15,635 bases of DNA from Candidatus Nanopusillus sp. (lineage in GTDB: Archaea; Nanobdellota; Nanobdellia; Nanobdellales; Nanobdellaceae): positions 1-15,635 of the forward strand of contig JAPYVP010000011.1 of the NCBI GenBank assembly GCA_028276785.1, written 5' to 3'. This document shows, in pieces, positions 1 to 8,188 of this stretch. The notes beneath the pieces are model-generated. The model made no database searches, had not been told where the DNA came from, and saw nothing but the letters and a program-made list of their open reading frames with translations. A program made the position numbers and the translations under genes. Each line of letters opens with the position of its first letter. The stretch's first letter is position 1.

Positions 1-52
1 ACCCGGGTCTTAGGCTAGGCAGGCCTACGTCCTACCACTAGACTACCGGCGC
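1..52 (-). tRNA. tRNA-Gly (anticodon GCC), 3' portion cut off by the window edge
   Basis: Reverse complement of 1-52 reads GCGCCGG-TA-GTCTAGTGGTAGGAC-G-TAGGC-CTGCCTA-GCCTA-AGAC-CCGGGT. This gives acceptor stem, D arm, anticodon stem-loop with GCC at positions 34-36, and the start of the T stem. It is a GC-rich block in AT-rich DNA. Confidence 0.85.
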
Positions 53-60
53 TCTCCATT

Positions 61-735
61 CTATCTAAATATATCTAACACACTATTTATATTACTTTTC
101 GATTCTTCCAATTTTTCTTTTAATCCTCTTATACTTTCTAGTCTTTTGTTTTCATCTTCTTTTAATTCACTAACTATTTTTTCTATTTCAGACATCTTTT
201 CTTTTAATTGTTGCAATAATTCCCTAACCCTTTTATAATCTTCTATCTTTATTAATAATTCTTTTTTTACTTCTAATGATCCTTCATCTTTTACATGTTT
301 TTTATGAACTTTTTCTTTAGCTTTTTCCTTTAATAAAGGTTTAGTTTCCTGCAAAGGTGGTTGTTGTACTTGCTGAGCACCAGAGCCTGGAAATCCAAAT
401 GGTTGTTGATTTTGATTTCCAAATCCTCCAAATTGTTGATTGCTAGTACCTTGAGCTCCCCCAAAACTTGTTTGTTGGCCCATTCCAGCAAATGATTGTT
501 GACCAAATCCCTGATTTCCAAATGTTAGTTGTTGGTTTTGGTTTCCAAATCCTCCAAAGCTACCCGGGTTTGTATTATAATCATAAAGATTTTGGCTAGT
601 TCCTGGCATACCATAATTACCACCCATATCCATTGACATACCACCTGCTCCTCCAAGTTGGTTTTTTAAATTGTCTAGGTCTCCATAAAATTCTTCCTCA
701 TTTTTATTCTTTTTCTTAAATAAACCCATTGCCAT
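61..735 (-). CDS. Hypothetical protein with a Q/N/G-rich FG-repeat low-complexity region and a C-terminal charged coiled coil
   Basis: 224-aa ORF with ATG start and TAG stop. Residues ~27-128 are almost only G/Q/N/F/S/M, with FGGFGNQNQQ occurring twice. The C-terminal ~90 aa is K/E/L-rich and looks heptad-like. A TATA-like element sits ~27 nt upstream. No recognisable family. Confidence 0.6.
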   Translation of the reverse strand: MAMGLFKKKNKNEEEFYGDLDNLKNQLGGAGGMSMDMGGNYGMPGTSQNLYDYNTNPGSFGGFGNQNQQLTFGNQGFGQQSFAGMGQQTSFGGAQGTSNQQFGGFGNQNQQPFGFPGSGAQQVQQPPLQETKPLLKEKAKEKVHKKHVKDEGSLEVKKELLIKIEDYKRVRELLQQLKEKMSEIEKIVSELKEDENKRLESIRGLKEKLEESKSNINSVLDIFR

Positions 736-771
736 ATAATATAATTAATAAGTCATAAAATATAAATTTTA

Positions 772-3585
772 TTATTCAAAAAATACAATAGCTGGTTTAT
801 ATGGCATCGCCCTACCTTTTTTTGATTCTTTTGATTCTTCTTCATATTCTATAATTATATCTCCAACATTTAATTCAGATTTAAATAAATCTACAGCAGA
901 ATTTAATAGTTCATATTCTTTTTCTCTATCCAAAAACTCATCAAGCACATATATATTTCTCTTTACAAATAACAATATGTCTTTATAATTTTGGTACTCA
1001 TTCAGAAATTCATCAATCCTGCTTTTATTATTTCTTAATTTATTAAATAATTCATATTTTTCTTTACTTGCTATTATTATTTTTATTTTATTAAATTTTT
1101 TGTTATTCATTAATATTTTTAACTTTATTAAATCGTCCCTTACAGATTTTACATACTTTTCATATTTTTCGTATTCATCTGTATAGCTTAAATTTTCTGG
1201 ATATTTTATATTAAATGGATCTAAACCAATTTTTTCAAATATTTCAGAAATAATATGGGGGACTATTGGATACAAAAATATAGCTTTATATTCAATATAT
1301 TTGTTTATAATTTTTCCATTTATCTTGTTCAAAGATCTCTTTAAGTACCATTCAAAAGAATTATCTAATTCAAATATCTTATTAATAACATTCATATAAT
1401 TTAACTTTTCATATTCATCTTCAATTTCCTTTGCTAATTTATTTAATTTATTTTCAAACCAAAGATCAATATAACTTTTTTCGTATTCTTGATATTTGTT
1501 GTAATTTTCTATTGAATAATTATAAAATGATATTAAATATTTCATAACAAATTCTGATTTATTTAAGTCTATCTTTGCATCATCATAAGATGAATTTGCT
1601 GACATTGCAATAATAAATCTTAATATATCCGCAGAATATTTTCTTAAAGCATCTCTTAATGATATATAATTTCCTAAAGATTTAGACATTTTTCTTCCCA
1701 ATGCATCTACGGCATATCCATTTATAGCAATTCCTCTTGGCCAATATTTTTTATCAAATATTGCAACATGATGAAATATATAGAAACATAGATGGTTTGG
1801 AATTAAATCTTTTCCAGAACTTCTTAAATCGACAGGATACCAATATTCAAATTCTTCCTTCATCTTTTTTGCAATATCCCCATATTTCCTTACTATTTCT
1901 TCTTCATTTCCTTTATTCAAAAATATATAATCAAATAAATCATCTTCAATTTTATTTGGATCTATATTCTTTATTAAATGGGCAATTGTATAAAATGCCA
2001 TATATATTGTAGAATCTGATAATGATTCTATGACCCAAGATTTATCCCAGGGTAGAGGTGTTCCCAATTCATCCTTATTATGTGCACATGCCCAATCTTT
2101 TAACCAATCAATTTTTTGATGAAAATCTTGTTTTATATAATCAGGATAAAAGTTCATATTATCTGTACATTCATGGGCAAGTTTTTTCCATTCAAGATCT
2201 GAATATTTTAAGAACCATTGGTTATCTATGATTTTTACAATACATAAGTTTCCATATCTAGATTCGAATCTTGGTTTTAATGTATAATGTACTTTTGCTA
2301 TATTTTTTTCTATAAAATCTTTAGCCATATTATCTTTGGCTTCATATATTTTCATACCGCTATATTTTCCAAAAACATCTGTTAATATTCCATTATAATA
2401 TTCTAAAGAATATATTTCTTTTGTTGCTTCTTCTAATTTTTGTACATCTTTCTGACTATTTATTTTCATTTTTTCAACAATCTCTTTTGCTGGTATATTA
2501 TATCCATAGACTTTAAATAAAACTTTCATGCTATCTAAACATTTCTTTGCTATCTCTTTATATTCTGTATCTAGTAAATCTCTTAATCCAACATAATCAT
2601 AAGGGGCATGAGAAGGAACACTCATAACAATACCACTTCCAGTCTTTATATCAACAAATTCTGCAGGCAATATTGGTACTTCTTCATTTGTTAATGGATT
2701 TGTGCATTTTTTTCCAATTAATTCTTTAACATCAATATCTTTAATTTTTTCTAATTTATATCCCTGTGCATTAAATTCCTCAACAATTATTGTATCTGGC
2801 AATATATATTTATTACCACTTTCTTTATCTAAATATATTGCGTATTTTCCATTTGGATTTATCCATATATTAGTCACTCCATATAATGTTTCTGGCCTCA
2901 ATGTAAATGCTGGTAATATTATATCATCATCTTTTAATTTAAATAAAATTACATAACCTTCCGTAGGACCTATTCCAGCATATTCATCTGGCCTGTCATG
3001 GTCTCCAACAGGTATATTTGCAACTGGATCATATACTACAGGATGCTTTCCAGTTATAACTAAACCCTTCTCTTTCAATTTTCTATATTGCCATTCTATA
3101 AATTTATTATACCATGGATGTAAATATGTTGTATAAAATTTCCTTCTCCAATCTATCGAACATCCCAAATTTTTTATATCTTCCTCAGCTTTTTCTACAA
3201 AGTATAGAGCCCATCCTGCCGGATCCTTTAATTTTTCTATATCTTCATCAGAAACTCCTTCATCTTTCAATTCCTTTATAAGTTTTTTATCCCCATTTCT
3301 TAATTTCCATGATTTTGCAACAATTGGAGATCCAGTTAAATGAAAACCTTGAGGAAATAATACATTATAACCCTTTAATCTCTTATACCTAGCAATAATA
3401 TCTACTCTAGTTAAAGATAAGGCAGTACCAATATGAAGAAATCCACTTACATATGGATAGGGAAATGTAACAAAAAATTTTGGCTTTTCTTTATCAGGAT
3501 TTGAATAATATATATGTTTTTCATCCCAGATCTTTTGCCATTTTTTCTCTATCTCTTTAAAGAATTTTATATTATTTTCATTCAT
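772..3585 (-). CDS. leuS: Leucyl-tRNA synthetase, archaeal type
   Basis: 937-aa ORF. It has the class I HIGH-region variant (GFLHIGTALS), a KMSKS motif (GRKMSKSLGN), a large editing-domain insertion and a typical archaeal LeuRS N-terminus (EKKWQKIWDE). Confidence 0.95.
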   Translation of the reverse strand: MNENNIKFFKEIEKKWQKIWDEKHIYYSNPDKEKPKFFVTFPYPYVSGFLHIGTALSLTRVDIIARYKRLKGYNVLFPQGFHLTGSPIVAKSWKLRNGDKKLIKELKDEGVSDEDIEKLKDPAGWALYFVEKAEEDIKNLGCSIDWRRKFYTTYLHPWYNKFIEWQYRKLKEKGLVITGKHPVVYDPVANIPVGDHDRPDEYAGIGPTEGYVILFKLKDDDIILPAFTLRPETLYGVTNIWINPNGKYAIYLDKESGNKYILPDTIIVEEFNAQGYKLEKIKDIDVKELIGKKCTNPLTNEEVPILPAEFVDIKTGSGIVMSVPSHAPYDYVGLRDLLDTEYKEIAKKCLDSMKVLFKVYGYNIPAKEIVEKMKINSQKDVQKLEEATKEIYSLEYYNGILTDVFGKYSGMKIYEAKDNMAKDFIEKNIAKVHYTLKPRFESRYGNLCIVKIIDNQWFLKYSDLEWKKLAHECTDNMNFYPDYIKQDFHQKIDWLKDWACAHNKDELGTPLPWDKSWVIESLSDSTIYMAFYTIAHLIKNIDPNKIEDDLFDYIFLNKGNEEEIVRKYGDIAKKMKEEFEYWYPVDLRSSGKDLIPNHLCFYIFHHVAIFDKKYWPRGIAINGYAVDALGRKMSKSLGNYISLRDALRKYSADILRFIIAMSANSSYDDAKIDLNKSEFVMKYLISFYNYSIENYNKYQEYEKSYIDLWFENKLNKLAKEIEDEYEKLNYMNVINKIFELDNSFEWYLKRSLNKINGKIINKYIEYKAIFLYPIVPHIISEIFEKIGLDPFNIKYPENLSYTDEYEKYEKYVKSVRDDLIKLKILMNNKKFNKIKIIIASKEKYELFNKLRNNKSRIDEFLNEYQNYKDILLFVKRNIYVLDEFLDREKEYELLNSAVDLFKSELNVGDIIIEYEEESKESKKGRAMPYKPAIVFFE

Positions 3586-3609
3586 AAAGTAATTTAAATA
3601 TAAAAATAC

Positions 3610-3617
3610 TTTTAAAA
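3610..3617. promoter_or_regulatory. Palindromic TATA box TTTTAAAA, possibly shared by divergent leuS and rps3ae
   Basis: TTTTAAAA is its own reverse complement. It lies 24 nt from the leuS ATG (3585) and 22 nt from the S3Ae ATG (3640). Its centre is ~27-28 nt from each, matching the spacing seen at other genes in the window. Confidence 0.45.
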
Positions 3618-3639
3618 TTATTTTTTATGATTTTATTAA

Positions 3640-4257
3640 ATGGCATATAATAAAAAATATGCTGATTGGAGTAAAAAGGTATGGGTAGATATATATGCGC
3701 CTGTAGAAATATTTAATGAAAATAAAATTGGAGAAACACCGGTATATAAAGACAATGTTGAAAATGTTATTGGAAGATCTGTAGATTTGAATCTTGCATT
3801 TGTATTAAATAATTTTAAATATCAAAATTATAAGGTTATTTTTCAAATAAATAAAATATCTGGACTAAAGGCATACACAGAAGTAAAAGAAATAATGTTG
3901 TATTCATCATATATAAGAAGAATAACTAGAAAAGGAACATCAAAGATAGAAGATTCATTTATAGTAAAAACAAGTGATGGATACGAAGTAAGGATAAAAC
4001 CATTAGTTATTACAAGATTCAAAGCTCATAGATCACAAAAAACCGAAATAAGGAAAACATACAGAAAATATTTGGAAGAAAAAGCTTCTTCATTAAAATA
4101 TTATGAGCTAATTGAAAAAGTAATAAATTATGACCTACAAAATGAAATAAAGCCAACATTGAACAAAATATTTCCAGTTAGTAATGTTGAAATAAGGAGA
4201 ATAACAAAAATAAGCCAGGTTAATCAAAAGGTTCCACAAACAGTAGAAAATAAATAA
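3640..4257 (+). CDS. rps3ae: 30S ribosomal protein S3Ae (eS1)
   Basis: 205-aa ORF. The N-terminus DWSKKVWVDIYAP...IGETP and the basic central region are characteristic of archaeal S3Ae/eS1. Confidence 0.9.
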   Translation: MAYNKKYADWSKKVWVDIYAPVEIFNENKIGETPVYKDNVENVIGRSVDLNLAFVLNNFKYQNYKVIFQINKISGLKAYTEVKEIMLYSSYIRRITRKGTSKIEDSFIVKTSDGYEVRIKPLVITRFKAHRSQKTEIRKTYRKYLEEKASSLKYYELIEKVINYDLQNEIKPTLNKIFPVSNVEIRRITKISQVNQKVPQTVENK

Positions 4258-5406
4258 TTATTTTTTAATTTCTATTAAAAATCCTTTAAGATATAATAAT
4301 TCTTTGTGGGGGAATATAACCTTATGGTCTAAAGCCTGATTAAATTTATACAATATTTCAAATTTTTTATTTTTTCTTCTTATTAATGTTCTAATTAATG
4401 AATAAAATTTTCTTTCATTCAAATCTTGAGAGCATGAAAATGTTATTAAATATCCTTCATCAATTAAATCTAGAGCAATAGAATTTATTAATATAAAACT
4501 TCTAATTCCCTTTTCATAATCTTCTGCTAATAAATCTGGAGGATCCAATATTATTATATCGAATTTTCTTTTTTCTAAATAAAACTGCTTTAATATTTTA
4601 TATGCATTACCATTTATAACATTATAATTCTCTATATTATTTAATTTCAAATTCTTATATAACATACTAGCAGCTTCTTTATTTTTTTCAACAAAATATC
4701 TTTCTTCCCCATTAATAATTATGCCAAAAGATCCTGAATACGAAAATACATCCAAAATCTTATCTCCGTATAATTGACTAACAATCTTCCTATTTTCTCT
4801 TTGATCCAAAAACCATCCTGTTTTTTGTCCCTTTAATATATTTATATAAAATTTTTTATTAACTTCCTCTATCTCAGTCTCATATTTATTCCCATAAATA
4901 AACCTTTCTATAGGTTTTAAATAAGCCCTTTCCCTCTGTTTTCCAATACTTTTCTCATAAATAGTAATATCTTTTCCATATATATCTATTAATGCATTCT
5001 TAAGTAGGTTTATATTCTTATCAAAAAATGCATTTGAATTTTGTATTACAAATATATCATTATATTTATCTATAATTAGACCGGATAAAAAATCGGATTC
5101 TGAATATACTAATCTATAATGATTTTTATAGTTTATTCTTTTTTCTCTATATTCCTTTGCTTTCTTTATTTTTTCCTTTATTTCATTATATATATCTATA
5201 TCTTCATTATATGAAAATATTCTAATATAATGATACGGATCTTTTGGATTTATTACCCCCCAAGCTAGAAAATTATTATTATATTTTAATTTAACCAATT
5301 CGCCGGGTTCAGCTTCAATCTTTTTAATCCAATTTACAGAAAAAACCTGTCTTCCTCTTTTTATCTCTCTTTTTATTCTTTCTCCAACTTCAATTTCATA
5401 TTGCAT
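4258..5406 (-). CDS. Class I SAM-dependent RNA methyltransferase with N-terminal PUA-like domain (RlmI/COG1092-like)
   Basis: 382-aa ORF. It has a PUA-like N-terminus (GRQVFSVNWIKKIE..PGELVKL), the SAM-binding stretch ILDVFSYSGSFG and the catalytic-region motif IIILDPPD. Its stop abuts the rps3ae stop, and its start overlaps the upstream gene by 11 nt. Confidence 0.7.
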   Translation of the reverse strand: MQYEIEVGERIKREIKRGRQVFSVNWIKKIEAEPGELVKLKYNNNFLAWGVINPKDPYHYIRIFSYNEDIDIYNEIKEKIKKAKEYREKRINYKNHYRLVYSESDFLSGLIIDKYNDIFVIQNSNAFFDKNINLLKNALIDIYGKDITIYEKSIGKQRERAYLKPIERFIYGNKYETEIEEVNKKFYINILKGQKTGWFLDQRENRKIVSQLYGDKILDVFSYSGSFGIIINGEERYFVEKNKEAASMLYKNLKLNNIENYNVINGNAYKILKQFYLEKRKFDIIILDPPDLLAEDYEKGIRSFILINSIALDLIDEGYLITFSCSQDLNERKFYSLIRTLIRRKNKKFEILYKFNQALDHKVIFPHKELLYLKGFLIEIKK

Positions 5407-6727
5407 ATTCTGTCGATAACATTAAATAATACAAACCCGAATCTATATTACCCATATTTATTAAATCTTTTCCAAATTGTAAATAATTATAGGAAGTTAT
5501 AGAAAATCCATATTTATTATAATAGTAATAATTTAACTGTTCTATTGCTTTTATAGTATAATTACTAACATAATTTGTACTATTTGCTACGTAGAGAAAA
5601 TATAAATTGGATAAATAGTTTCTTTTTTCAAAACAAGATAAATTTAGTGGTAATTGATACCTATACAGATATTGCATTAGTGTATATTGCTGATCTATTA
5701 ATGAACATTGATTTTCTTTATATATGCTATTTGTTATTGATAAAAATTGTGCCCAACCAACTGCAGAGCGATATCTCCAATATGATTGCTGTAAATTATC
5801 TAATGTTTTGTTAGCTTCTTCTAGTCTTAATATTACTTGATATTTTATTTCCTCACATTCGTAATTTCCAAAACACTGATAATTACTTATATAATTATAA
5901 AAATTTGTTATATTTTTTTCTAATTCTTCTTTAGTTATGTTAGGATAAAATTTTGGGTCTGTAACTTTTTTTTCAAAACATAAACTTGCTGCTGTATAAT
6001 AATTTCCCAAAGAGATGTAGTAATTTACAGTATCATTGTTTATTCCCTTACATATTTCATTCGTTATATTTTTCATAACTTTTATATAATCTTGAGGAAC
6101 ATTATAAATATCATTAAATTGTTTTCCTAGATATATTCTTTCTAAATCAAGTATAGTATATGCAGGGATTATTTTAGAGTTGTTATAATATGGGGCTACC
6201 ATATATGAAAAATGTTGTAGAGTTGCATTTAGTTTATATTCAATACCTTCAACTGGTGCTATTATACCGTTTGGTAACATAAAACCTGTAATTGGATAAT
6301 TAACTATTGCAGTTTTATTTGATAAGGCCTGTAAAACAAGTAAAGTTAATCCTGCAGTACCTGAAAATCCTTCCGCAAATAATACATCATCTGAACTAAA
6401 ATAATAATCATAATTGTTACACTTATCCGGATATATATTACATGCAGCAACTTTGGGAAATAGATATGCTAAATCATAATCACCATACGATATTGGGGGA
6501 ATCTTTGCATATACATTTCCAGAACCTGGAGATATTTTTAAGAAAAATTGAGTAACTTCTCCAGATAAATTATTCGATTGATTTAAAACTGCCGGAATAT
6601 AAACAGAATATTTCCCATTATAATAGAAGCTGGTCTCTCTCAAATTTGATAAAGATATTAAAGATAATACTGCTGTAAATGCTAATAAAACCATAACTAC
6701 TTTATATAACGAAATTTTTCCACTCAT
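5396..6727 (-). CDS. Membrane-anchored or secreted protein with a Lon-protease-like (S16) domain; putative archaeal serine protease
   Basis: 443-aa ORF with an N-terminal hydrophobic anchor (LYKVVMVLLAFTAVLSLISL). The segment EGFSGTAGLTLLVLQALSNK...ITGFMLPNGIIAPVEGIEYKLNA aligns by eye with the Lon proteolytic core DGPSAGI...MTGEITLRG.V.PIGG..EK. It carries many N-x-S/T sequons and has a TGA stop. Confidence 0.45.
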   Translation of the reverse strand: MSGKISLYKVVMVLLAFTAVLSLISLSNLRETSFYYNGKYSVYIPAVLNQSNNLSGEVTQFFLKISPGSGNVYAKIPPISYGDYDLAYLFPKVAACNIYPDKCNNYDYYFSSDDVLFAEGFSGTAGLTLLVLQALSNKTAIVNYPITGFMLPNGIIAPVEGIEYKLNATLQHFSYMVAPYYNNSKIIPAYTILDLERIYLGKQFNDIYNVPQDYIKVMKNITNEICKGINNDTVNYYISLGNYYTAASLCFEKKVTDPKFYPNITKEELEKNITNFYNYISNYQCFGNYECEEIKYQVILRLEEANKTLDNLQQSYWRYRSAVGWAQFLSITNSIYKENQCSLIDQQYTLMQYLYRYQLPLNLSCFEKRNYLSNLYFLYVANSTNYVSNYTIKAIEQLNYYYYNKYGFSITSYNYLQFGKDLINMGNIDSGLYYLMLSTEYAI

Positions 6728-6751
6728 TTTTATTCAAATGAAAGAAAATAT

Positions 6752-7597
6752 TTATAAATCTCTAACAATTTCTACTCTATCTAAACTAGAGAATAACCTT
6801 TTTAAGTAATCTATTGCTACTTTTTTGTTATAGTCTACTTTAACAATGATATTGAAATAGTAAAATTTATCTTTATCCGTGGAGATACTATTTATCTCGC
6901 TTAATCCGTATATATGAACACCAAATTTACTTAAAGAAGGTCCAATTTTTCCTAAATTATCTATTATCTTCTTTTTCACCTTATCTAATTGTTCTAAATA
7001 TTCTTCTCCTTCCAAATAAAAAACAACATATCCATATAACTCAATCTTTTTAACATTATTAATTAGACCATACTTTGACGTTTTTTCAAATAAATATTGA
7101 TAAAATATTAATTGTTCTCTCAAACCACTAAACAAAATTTGTCTATAAACAATTTTCTGGAGTCCAAGATCATCTAATTTGACATTATTTTTAAAAATTT
7201 TAGAAAAAATTCCCGAGGATTTTACTTCAATTATTTCAACTTTATCATAAATAAACTTTAATCCGTCCGGTCTCCCACTAATCAAGATTAACATTCCATC
7301 ATGGTCTTCTAAAGATATTAAATAATAATATCGTTGAGCACCCTTTTTTTCTACTATCGTCCTTTCAATATTTAAAGGTTCTTCTGTATTAGTAATATTA
7401 TTTTTATTTTTTCGATTCAAAGCAAAAGTTGCGGGTATATTAATTATATTCCCTTCTTTTTCCCTTATCAATTTCAAATATCTAAGTAATTTATTCATGT
7501 AGTCTTTAGGATATAACTTATCAGATGAATGTTCTATAATTGAAATCTCTATTTTTCTTATTAAATCGTCTATTGTCCTAATGTTCTCATTATGCAT
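6752..7597 (-). CDS. PD-(D/E)xK nuclease superfamily protein (RecB/Cas4-like core, no Cys cluster)
   Basis: Motifs occur in the family order: GRPDG (D), EIIEVKS (ExK) and QLIFY (QxxxY). The ORF track starts at TTG 7606. I prefer ATG 7597 (MHNENIR...) because the palindromic TATA TTTATAAA (7619-7626) is then centred ~26 nt upstream. Confidence 0.5.
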   Translation of the reverse strand: MHNENIRTIDDLIRKIEISIIEHSSDKLYPKDYMNKLLRYLKLIREKEGNIINIPATFALNRKNKNNITNTEEPLNIERTIVEKKGAQRYYYLISLEDHDGMLILISGRPDGLKFIYDKVEIIEVKSSGIFSKIFKNNVKLDDLGLQKIVYRQILFSGLREQLIFYQYLFEKTSKYGLINNVKKIELYGYVVFYLEGEEYLEQLDKVKKKIIDNLGKIGPSLSKFGVHIYGLSEINSISTDKDKFYYFNIIVKVDYNKKVAIDYLKRLFSSLDRVEIVRDL

Positions 7598-7618
7598 AAA
7601 TGACAATTATTATACACA

Positions 7619-7626
7619 TTTATAAA
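7619..7626 (-). promoter_or_regulatory. TATA box for the nuclease gene
   Basis: TTTATAAA is centred ~26 nt upstream of ATG 7597 and directly abuts the 3' end of tRNA-Ser. Confidence 0.4.
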
Positions 7627-7710
7627 CGCCGCGGGTGGGATTTGAACCCACGCCCCCTTTCGGGGAATGGATTAGCAATCCATCCCCTTGGGCCACTCGG
7701 GCACCGCGGC
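7627..7710 (-). tRNA. tRNA-Ser (anticodon GCU), class II with long variable arm, no encoded CCA
   Basis: The reverse complement reads GCCGCGG-TG-CCCGAGTGGCCCAAGGGG-ATGGA-TTGCTAA-TCCAT-TCCCCGAAAGGGGGC-GTGGG-TTCAAAT-CCCAC-CCGCGGC-G. This is a full cloverleaf with GCT at 34-36 and discriminator G. Confidence 0.95.
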
Positions 7711-7743
7711 ATATTAAATTCTTAAAAATTATTATTTATAACT

Positions 7744-8151
7744 TTAAATTATTATTTCATATTTCATATCATATATCGTATTATTGAATTGATATAATAA
7801 TTGGATTAATGTATTATTTTCTATAATTATGTTTTTTACATAACATAATACGGACTGGTTTGGATATATTATTTCTTTTTCACATGTTAAATTGTAAATG
7901 TTCCCAGTTATATTTAATATAAAATTAGAAGTATTTATATACGGTAGTTGATAATTAGTTATATTTAAATATAAAGTATTGTTCGTATAATTTACAGTAT
8001 ATCTATATGGGTTTATATAAAATGCTATATTTATTGATGTGTTTTCAGAATTTCCCAAATTTTTATTAAGCAATTTATAAAGAGCTATATAAAATATTAC
8101 AAAAAATACTACTGTAAGTACAATAAATGTTACTATATCTTCTTTTTTCAT
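7744..8151 (-). CDS. Small single-pass membrane protein with a sequon-dense extracellular domain (hypothetical)
   Basis: 135-aa ORF with an N-terminal TM helix (IVTFIVLTVVFFVIFYIALY). About ten N-x-S/T sequons occur in ~105 residues (NTS, NYT, NNT, NIT, NTS, NIT, NLT, NQS, NNT, NNT). Confidence 0.5.
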   Translation of the reverse strand: MKKEDIVTFIVLTVVFFVIFYIALYKLLNKNLGNSENTSINIAFYINPYRYTVNYTNNTLYLNITNYQLPYINTSNFILNITGNIYNLTCEKEIIYPNQSVLCYVKNIIIENNTLIQLLYQFNNTIYDMKYEIII

Positions 8152-8188
8152 CTAAAAATTTTTTAAGAATAAAACTTAAAAAATATTA

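Noticed and set aside
330-521. 63-aa ORF on the minus strand nested inside the 224-aa gene
   Set aside because: It is an alternative frame of the repetitive Q/N/G-rich region with no independent start context. It looks like an artefact of low-complexity sequence.
1737-2012. 91-aa plus-strand ORF (and the 84-aa ORF at 2702-2956) antisense to leuS
   Set aside because: Both lie entirely within a confidently assigned LeuRS gene. Their translations are low-complexity I/L/F/Y/N-rich, typical of antisense frames in AT-rich DNA.
5575-5814. 79-aa plus-strand ORF antisense to the protease-candidate gene
   Set aside because: It is fully nested antisense with no promoter spacing and no motif.
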